Below, piece by piece: positions 57,323 through 64,000 of a stretch of 64,000 nt of DNA. The DNA is from an uncultured Acidobacteriaceae bacterium (GTDB taxonomy: Bacteria; Acidobacteriota; Terriglobia; Terriglobales; Acidobacteriaceae). The notes below the pieces were generated by a model, which was not told the origin of the DNA, ran no database searches, and saw only the letters and a program-made list of their open reading frames with translations. The stretch's first letter is position 1. The number at the start of each line of letters is the position of its first letter. The stretch spans positions 17,618 to 81,617 of the forward strand of contig CAWDYE010000006.1 of the NCBI GenBank assembly GCA_963806565.1. Direction: 5' to 3'. Position numbers and translations under genes: made by a program.

Positions 57323-58777
57323 TCAGTTGCCTCCCGGCTTACCACCCCCCGGACGAAGACCTGTCCGTGGGGACCCCGGCTTGCCTTGCTGCGCCGCGCT
57401 TGTAAACTTCGCGCCGGTCAGATCGGCCGGCGTGGTCGAGCGCAACAGCACTGCCGGCACGCGATTCTCCGATGCGCGCTCCGGTCCCGTGTGGCATCCA
57501 ACGCAGATGCGCTGCTCGCCACTGCGAATCCAGAACCATCCGTGCTCCTGGCGCACCACCGCGCCCTTTTTATCCAACAGCGCAAAGCGAATAGGCTTGT
57601 CGGCAGGAACCTTGACGAAAAAAGATCCGTCTATCTCGACTGGCGCAGTGCCCATAATGATTGTCCGGCCGTTGGCTGTCATCGTCTCCAACCGCACCGA
57701 TGCGGGAGTCTTCTTCAAATCTCCTTCGCGCGACAGGCGTACATCGAGCGCAAGCAAGTTGGCATAATCCCATGGGTGCAGCCCTGAGGGATGACGCTTA
57801 GGCGAGATGCGCGGCGCAACCAGAACCGGCTCGACAAGATTTTCGCCAGCTAAAGTTAAAACGGTATGCAATGCAGGCGAGCCGGGCTTCCACATTCTGA
57901 GCGCGTAATGCGTTCCGGATCCGGCGCGCGCGCTCACCAGCCACGCGCCCGAGGCCAACTCGGCAATCGCGCCGGCGTACTCAACATGCGGAGCAATGAC
58001 GGGCTGCTCGTGCGCCAGCGGCGAAGTGAAGCGCGCCAGCGAAGCTCCATGGGTGAATACCACGTCGCCCGAAGCCAACTGCCTTCCGCCCCAACGCCCC
58101 CGGCCGTGATCGCAACGGTACGACTCGACTCCCGAGCCATCGGCGTAGACCAGATAAAGTTCAGGCGTCGCGCCAATGCCGAGGGGAAAGCCGGCTTCAA
58201 AGAGAATGCGCCCATCGGCGAGCACATCATCGGGGAAGGCGCTGGCCTGCACATAGGTAAGCGGCAACACTCCCGGTCCGGCCGTCGGATTCAGGAACGT
58301 GTATCCCCGCAGATGACCGTCTTCGGCGGACTTCAGTTGAAATCCCCACGGCGCGCGCTGTGCCCAGAGCATCCGCCCGCCTGGCAGATAGAACGGGCGC
58401 ACGGCATCGGTTGTGGTTGCGATTAACTTGCGCAGGGAGTGATCGGCCAGCGTCAATTCCCAAATCTGCCAGGGATCACCCGCCTCTTTCTTGCCCGCGA
58501 ACAGCACTGTCTTGCCGTCGAAGGAGACATTTGCGTCAGCAGTAGCGGCAAAGCCCGTCACCAGAGGCTCCGCCTTGCCGTTATGAACCAGCAAGAGCTG
58601 CGCTCCTTTGGGAAAACGCTCTCCTCCGCGCAAGGCAGCCAGGGGCTCGTAAACGGGAGCGGCAGTGACGATGATGTCTGTGGATGGAGCCTGCGCCGCG
58701 TCCGGTAAAAATCCGCAAACCGGAAGCAGCAGGCCAATCGACGCGGCAGCCGCCAGGAATCTGGCCGGGAATCTCAT
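57323..58777 (-). CDS. Hydrazine-synthase-alpha-like haem c protein
   Basis: Signal peptide; TolB-like propeller start; [32 protein letters not shown] middle-domain-like pattern; ATGA coupling to the upstream gene. Confidence 0.7.
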   Translation of the reverse strand: MRFPARFLAAAASIGLLLPVCGFLPDAAQAPSTDIIVTAAPVYEPLAALRGGERFPKGAQLLLVHNGKAEPLVTGFAATADANVSFDGKTVLFAGKKEAGDPWQIWELTLADHSLRKLIATTTDAVRPFYLPGGRMLWAQRAPWGFQLKSAEDGHLRGYTFLNPTAGPGVLPLTYVQASAFPDDVLADGRILFEAGFPLGIGATPELYLVYADGSGVESYRCDHGRGRWGGRQLASGDVVFTHGASLARFTSPLAHEQPVIAPHVEYAGAIAELASGAWLVSARAGSGTHYALRMWKPGSPALHTVLTLAGENLVEPVLVAPRISPKRHPSGLHPWDYANLLALDVRLSREGDLKKTPASVRLETMTANGRTIIMGTAPVEIDGSFFVKVPADKPIRFALLDKKGAVVRQEHGWFWIRSGEQRICVGCHTGPERASENRVPAVLLRSTTPADLTGAKFTSAAQQGKPGSPRTGLRPGGGKPGGN

Positions 58778-59676
58778 CCGACAGCCTCCATGGAACAAGA
58801 CTCTACGGTCTCGCGCCACGGCTGTACCCGCTCGCGCTGCGTCGTCCCTCGAAGAGCCAGATACGGGGCAATATCGGCCATCATGCTGTCGAATGCGGCG
58901 AAATCCAGCGATTGTTCACCATCGCTCCATGCCTTGTCCGGATGGGGATGCACCTCGACCAGCAGGCCATCCGCGCCGGCGGCCACCGCAATGCGCGCCA
59001 GCGGGGGAACCAGGTCGCGACGGCCAGCGGCGTGGCTGGGGTCGGCAATCACCGGAAGATGCGAGACCTGCTTGAGCAACACAATGGCGGCCGCGTCGAA
59101 AGTGTTTCGCATCGACGTTTCAAATGTGCGAATGCCGCGCTCGCAGAGAATGACCTGCGGGTTGCCGTGGTCCAGAATGCACTGTGCAGAGCGCAACAAA
59201 TCGGCCACCGTGGCCACCATGCCGCGCTTCAACAGCACGGGCCGCCCGGAGTGCGCTGCCGCTTCAAGCAGCGCGTAGTTTTCCATGTTGCGTGAGCCGA
59301 TCTGCAGAATGTCGGCGTATTCCGCCACCGTTGGCACGTCCTCTTCCGACATGACTTCGGTCACGATAGCCAGGCCGCTTTCCTCCCGCGCATGGGCCAG
59401 CATCTTGAGGCCTTCCAAACCAAGCCCTTGAAATGCGTAAGGGGAACTGCGCGGCTTGAAAGCGCCTCCACGCAGAATGCGCGCGCCCGCGCGGCGAACA
59501 TGATCAGCCGTTGCCAGCAGCTGGGATTCTGTCTCCACCGAGCAAGGCCCAGCCATGGTGACAAATTCATCGCCACCGATCTCAAAGTCCATCACCTGCA
59601 CGATGGTTTGCTGAAGCCGGGCGCTCTTCAGCACATCGGGAGTTTCGGCAAATCGGTCGCGCCAATCTTCACACAC
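58774..59676 (-). CDS. aroF: DAHP synthase type I-beta without a regulatory domain
   Basis: [41 protein letters not shown]. Confidence 0.9.
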   Translation of the reverse strand: MCEDWRDRFAETPDVLKSARLQQTIVQVMDFEIGGDEFVTMAGPCSVETESQLLATADHVRRAGARILRGGAFKPRSSPYAFQGLGLEGLKMLAHAREESGLAIVTEVMSEEDVPTVAEYADILQIGSRNMENYALLEAAAHSGRPVLLKRGMVATVADLLRSAQCILDHGNPQVILCERGIRTFETSMRNTFDAAAIVLLKQVSHLPVIADPSHAAGRRDLVPPLARIAVAAGADGLLVEVHPHPDKAWSDGEQSLDFAAFDSMMADIAPYLALRGTTQRERVQPWRETVESCSMEAVG

Positions 59677-59841
59677 GCGGCAGGCTCCGTTTCTGGGGAA
59701 GCGGAAGCCTCAGAGTATCGCGACCAAGTCAGGCACGCCTCAACCTAAAGGTGGAGATTGGGCGTAAAAAACGGCCTTTTTCTTCCTTGGATGCTCTGGC
59801 TGCACACAAATGAGAGGGCTCTTTGCGGGGGTGAACAGGCC

Positions 59842-61266
59842 CTATAGTGCCATCGGCGGCGGACGGTAGCCGAAGGCTGCATCCACAATGGCCGCGACGC
59901 CCAGCGCGGTTTCATCGTGAAAAGGTCGAGCAACGATCTGCACGCCAATCGGCAATCCTGACCCACCACCGTCATCTGTCCGTCCGACGGGAACCACCGC
60001 GGCCGGCGCGGCCAGCGTGTTGAACCACTGCGTGTGCCGCACGGCATCCAAATACTCTACGGTCCGGTCTTCAACGGTCCACGCGCGCTCCCCATGGCGG
60101 AAGGCGGGAATGCTGGCCACCGGGCACAGGAGCACCGGATACCCGCTCATCTCCGCGAGCGTCTTCGAGCGCAGCAAGTCCAGTTCAGCCCAGGCATTGA
60201 GCAGTTCGACGGCCTTTAGCGGCGGCACGGCAGCGGAGAAGCCGAGAAACTCGCTGAAGATGGGGCTCAGTTGATGCTCCCGGCCGCGAATCTCCGGCTC
60301 ATAGAACATGGCCCCGCACTGCACAAAAAACTTCCACCACAACTTCCGCAGCAGCTCCAGCGTGCGCGGACGGAAGGGCTCTACGCGAAAACCAGCGTCG
60401 CGCAGCGCTGCCGCCGCGGCCTGCACCGCGGCCCGCGTCTCCGGCGTGACGGGCACCAGGCCATCATCCTCAAAAAATCCAATGGTGTTGGCGCGCAATT
60501 CATCGATACTCGGCTCGCGCAGCACAATGGGAGGACTCGCCGGATCGCGCGGGTCCTGGCCGTTGAGCGCGCGAAAAAGCAGCGCAACGTCGGCCATGGT
60601 GCGCGCCATCGGGCCAATGGCGCCGAGCGTCGAAAACGGACCCACGCAAGGCGGCAAGTGTCCGCGTCCCGGAATCCGCCCCGGCGTGGGCTTGAGCGAG
60701 CAGATGCCGGTAAAGTGCGCGGGCACGCGCACCGAGCCGCCGCTGTCGCTGCCCAGGCCCGCTGAAGAAAGCCCCGCCGCAATGGCTGCCGACTCGCCGC
60801 CGCTCGATCCACCCGGAGTTCGATCAACGTCCCATGGGTTGTTCGTACGCCCATGCAACAGGTTTGCTGTCTCGTAGGCCATCAGGAACTCCGGGCAGTT
60901 GGTAGTGCCCAGAATCAACGCTCCGGCGGCGCGGAGACGCGCAACGACGACAGCGTCTTCCGTGGGAATTTCGCCCTGGTGCAGCAGGCTGCCAATCTCG
61001 CACTTGAATCCTCGTGTTGAGATCGACGATTTCACGGTCACCGGCAATCCGAACAACGGCCTGCGGGACCGCGTTCCTCGCCACGCATCGTGCTTCCGCG
61101 CCCTCTCCCGCACACGCTCAGCATCGAAGTCGGCGAATACATTTAATTGCGGATTCAGCCGCTCGATCTGCCGGATGTGCGCCTCGGTCAACTCCGTCAC
61201 GGAGAGTTTGCCCGCGCGCAAAAGCTCCAGTTGCCGTGTGGCCGGCTCAATCGTTATGCCGTTCAT
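59842..61266 (-). CDS. Amidase-signature family enzyme
   Basis: PVTVKS, PGGSSGGESAA, GSDSGGSVR; start at MNGITIE. Confidence 0.93.
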   Translation of the reverse strand: MNGITIEPATRQLELLRAGKLSVTELTEAHIRQIERLNPQLNVFADFDAERVRERARKHDAWRGTRSRRPLFGLPVTVKSSISTRGFKCEIGSLLHQGEIPTEDAVVVARLRAAGALILGTTNCPEFLMAYETANLLHGRTNNPWDVDRTPGGSSGGESAAIAAGLSSAGLGSDSGGSVRVPAHFTGICSLKPTPGRIPGRGHLPPCVGPFSTLGAIGPMARTMADVALLFRALNGQDPRDPASPPIVLREPSIDELRANTIGFFEDDGLVPVTPETRAAVQAAAAALRDAGFRVEPFRPRTLELLRKLWWKFFVQCGAMFYEPEIRGREHQLSPIFSEFLGFSAAVPPLKAVELLNAWAELDLLRSKTLAEMSGYPVLLCPVASIPAFRHGERAWTVEDRTVEYLDAVRHTQWFNTLAAPAAVVPVGRTDDGGGSGLPIGVQIVARPFHDETALGVAAIVDAAFGYRPPPMAL

Positions 61267-61624
61267 GGCTCCAGCTCTCCGAATCTCGTTCCGCGATGGG
61301 GTTATAGCGCGGATTGAATTGCTTCTTCTCATCTTCGGCGCGCTTCTGCTTCTTCTTCGTTTTGGCATGGAAGATGGGCAAGACCGTATGCACCAGAAAG
61401 TACAGGCAACCAATCGCCCCGGATGAGATACCTAGCCTCCGCGCAATCTCCTTTTGGAAATGACCATTCAGCCAGTGGACAACCCCCAGCAGCCAATCGC
61501 GCGCCAGCCAAAGAATGACCAGAATGCACGCAACGTTGAGAATCAGCCGAAGATAGCCGCTTCCACGAGCCGCGCCAATCTCCCGCGGACTTTCAGCCAG
61601 TTCTTGAATCTCCGATTCGTCCAT
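61247..61624 (-). CDS. Small membrane protein
   Basis: Two hydrophobic segments; fits between neighbouring genes. Confidence 0.6.
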   Translation of the reverse strand: MDESEIQELAESPREIGAARGSGYLRLILNVACILVILWLARDWLLGVVHWLNGHFQKEIARRLGISSGAIGCLYFLVHTVLPIFHAKTKKKQKRAEDEKKQFNPRYNPIAERDSESWSHERHND

Positions 61625-61629
61625 CGGGC

Positions 61630-64000
61630 TTATGGCCTCGTATCCTCGGCCGGTGTCGCGTGCCGGTCGCGGTAATCAAAACGATACACGCGGTTAGGCT
61701 CGCCCGAGTCGAAGCGATCATTCCAATTCAACTGGTACTCCAGGGACTGCGCGTCCTGCGGATATTCCTCAGAGTCAGGATACGGATAGGCGCTCATTTT
61801 ATGAAAGGGCAACTGCGCCACGGTGAAGGGCGATGCATCCCACCAGTCCATGTCCTTGACGAATCCATTGGCGTAAAAGAAGTAATCGCGCTTCCAATGC
61901 GCGGGCATCGCGGGCAGCTTGGTCGCGTCGAACTCGGCGGCAATCTCCTCGCCGCTGCCGAAGATCACAAAGCGGTCGTCAATGCTCTTCAGCAACGGCG
62001 TCACGTCGCCCATGCGCGTGTAGCTGCCGCGCTCATGCTGAAACGGCCCGGTCAAGCTAACGCGGTCATAATCGTAGTCGAGATCGCCGGGGCTTGCGCC
62101 TTCAATCTGCTTCGGATAGCCGCGGAAGTGCAGTGTGGCCAGCGATAGCGGGACTTCCGCGGTACGCGCTTCACCCTCGACGTTGTTATCGATCAGAACT
62201 TGATCCCAATAAATTTCGAGATTGGTGACGAGCCGGATGCGCCGCGCGCCTGCGGGCAGCTTGCCGCTGAGGTCCACCACAATGGTGCGCTCCAGGCCCG
62301 CAGGGAATCCCACATCATCGGCAATGCGCTTCCATTCACCATTCGGCATCTGCGCCTCAACATAGGGCGAGATGGGCTTCACTCCCGCCTTCCACGCGGC
62401 ATAGAGCGAAGTCGCGCTGAAGTAGTTCACATAGCCGGTCATCAGCAGCCGAAGCTGAGCGCTTTGCTGTATTTCTCCCAAATCAAGCGTGAGCGCATGA
62501 ATATTCGCAAAACCATCGTAAGGCAGCGGCGTAAATCCGCTGGCGAATTTGTGATCGCGCTTGCTCAACAGGTCCAACACATCGCGCCCTTCGCCGTCCC
62601 ACGCGCCCACCGGCAGCCGCGCTCCCTCTGTAGCCACTACGCGCCCCGAGGCAAACGGCGGATCGTCGAGGAAGCGTTCGTCGGGATTGACCTCGACACT
62701 CTCGGGATGATCGACCGCAACCAGCCGCAACTGGTCGATGTAGTTGACCTCCTCCATCGGCTCCATGAAGCGCAAGCTCAGCTTGCCCTTTACCGGCGCA
62801 AGCGCGTCGCCATCAACTTTGATCCATTCGCCGGGGTTGGGCGTGTTGCGCCGCGTGGGCGTGAACCAGTGGCCCACCACCGCCGCGCCGATTACGTCCG
62901 TGACCAGCTTGTATTTGTGCCCGTTCCACGCAAACAGCACCGGGCAGGAACTTCCGCGACGGTCAACCTCCTTCATGGCAATCACCGGCTGATGCGGCAA
63001 GTCGATCTCATCCTGCAAAACACCGGTCGGCCACAAGATACGCAGCAGGTCAATGTGGTTCGCATCTCCCAGACCCACAAGAATCTGCGGAGGCCCCTGC
63101 GTCTGATAGCCCGAGGCTCCGGCCAGCTCCCACTTCTGCCAGTGGCCGCTGGCGAAGATCTCCACCTTCACGCCCAGCGCCGTCTTGTTATCCGCAAAGC
63201 CGATCAGGTCCAGGTGGACGGAGTGATTCTTGTTTCCGCCCACGTTGCGCAGCAGTACCGGCGGCGCGTTCAACTGCGTCACAATCAAATCAGCGGCGCC
63301 GTTGTCATCGACGGCAATTAGTCCGCGCGGCGCAATCAATTTCACGCGGTCCAGGCCCAGCGCACGGCTCACATCTTCAAAAGTCCCATCGCCGCGATTG
63401 CGGAAGACGCGCACTTGCGGCCCTGCCTTGGTCTCCAAAACCGCCGCCAGATCTATCCAGCCGTCGTTGTCAATGTCGACAGCCGTTACGCCCCAACCGC
63501 GCGTCGCATCGTGTAGCGGCAACTCCACGCGCTCAAATCGTCGGCCAATATGATTCGGCCCCTCGACATTGCGCCACAGCGTAAGCCCTGGCGCGCCGGC
63601 GTGCGTGACGGCAATGTCCATCCAGCCGTCCTTGTTGTAGTCCAGCACCGCAATGCCCACGGTAGCCGGCAGCTTCACCACATTCCTGCCAGACAATGTG
63701 GCGACTTCCAGAGCCGGCGTCTCTTTGAATTGCTCACCTCCCGAGTAGAGAGCCTGCGTCGGATACTTGCCCTCGCGCGGATTCACATAGATGAGCGGCG
63801 CAGGTCCGTCACCGGTCACGGCAATGTCCACTGCGCGGTCGTTGTTGAAGTCGGTGAGAATCGCAGCGTTCGTCTTGCCGCTCCCGCCCAATCCTGTTGG
63901 ATCCGTCCACTCAGTAAATGTCTTGTTGCCGTTGTTACGCCATAAAACATTCGGTGATCCGCCCGCCGTCAGCGGCGCTCCCGTCAGGAAGAGATCCAGG
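61630..64000 (-). CDS. CRTAC1-like FG-GAP/ASPIC-UnbV protein with C-terminal extension (5' end outside the window)
   Basis: Frame open to the window edge; DFNND/DYNKD/DIDND repeats; GASGYQTQ..GLG, WPTG. Confidence 0.88.
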   Translation of the reverse strand, partial: LDLFLTGAPLTAGGSPNVLWRNNGNKTFTEWTDPTGLGGSGKTNAAILTDFNNDRAVDIAVTGDGPAPLIYVNPREGKYPTQALYSGGEQFKETPALEVATLSGRNVVKLPATVGIAVLDYNKDGWMDIAVTHAGAPGLTLWRNVEGPNHIGRRFERVELPLHDATRGWGVTAVDIDNDGWIDLAAVLETKAGPQVRVFRNRGDGTFEDVSRALGLDRVKLIAPRGLIAVDDNGAADLIVTQLNAPPVLLRNVGGNKNHSVHLDLIGFADNKTALGVKVEIFASGHWQKWELAGASGYQTQGPPQILVGLGDANHIDLLRILWPTGVLQDEIDLPHQPVIAMKEVDRRGSSCPVLFAWNGHKYKLVTDVIGAAVVGHWFTPTRRNTPNPGEWIKVDGDALAPVKGKLSLRFMEPMEEVNYIDQLRLVAVDHPESVEVNPDERFLDDPPFASGRVVATEGARLPVGAWDGEGRDVLDLLSKRDHKFASGFTPLPYDGFANIHALTLDLGEIQQSAQLRLLMTGYVNYFSATSLYAAWKAGVKPISPYVEAQMPNGEWKRIADDVGFPAGLERTIVVDLSGKLPAGARRIRLVTNLEIYWDQVLIDNNVEGEARTAEVPLSLATLHFRGYPKQIEGASPGDLDYDYDRVSLTGPFQHERGSYTRMGDVTPLLKSIDDRFVIFGSGEEIAAEFDATKLPAMPAHWKRDYFFYANGFVKDMDWWDASPFTVAQLPFHKMSAYPYPDSEEYPQDAQSLEYQLNWNDRFDSGEPNRVYRFDYRDRHATPAEDTRP

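Noticed and set aside
59842-64000. Amidase and upstream genes as part of the haem/DAHP operon
   Set aside because: Same strand but separated by a 165-bp gap with no coupling; not supportable without synteny data

Overview
The window has two halves; the gene families suggest an Acidobacteriota (Terriglobia-like) host, which is an inference. Left half (1-34.57 kb): a genomic island at the 3' end of tRNA-Ser(CGA) with a P4-type integrase. It carries one large signal-peptide Rhs/YD-repeat gene followed by a tandem array of at least three related units. Read on the minus strand, each unit is: Rhs core end, toxin tip, signal-peptide immunity protein, oriT-like site, optional TrwABC-like MobF module, structured palindromic element, divergent XRE repressor, CHC2/Toprim primase-helicase, XerC/D-like recombinase. 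The units are bounded by three 176-bp direct repeats that encode the end of the Rhs core. This is the layout expected of mobile elements that integrate into an rhs gene and swap its toxin tip. Two diverged units share an apparently identical ~1.3-kb toxin-immunity tract. It starts at the oriT-like site and ends at the Rhs NNP motif. Right half (34.7-64 kb): chromosomal genes (serpin, efp, Ser/Thr kinase, proteases, FHA protein, two-component system, three ASPIC/UnbV proteins, amidase). It also holds a tightly coupled operon linking a regulatory-domain-less DAHP synthase and a chorismatase-like Rid protein to periplasmic haem-c proteins resembling hydrazine synthase alpha and fused beta-gamma subunits. 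No database searches were run. Family calls come from motifs read in the translations.
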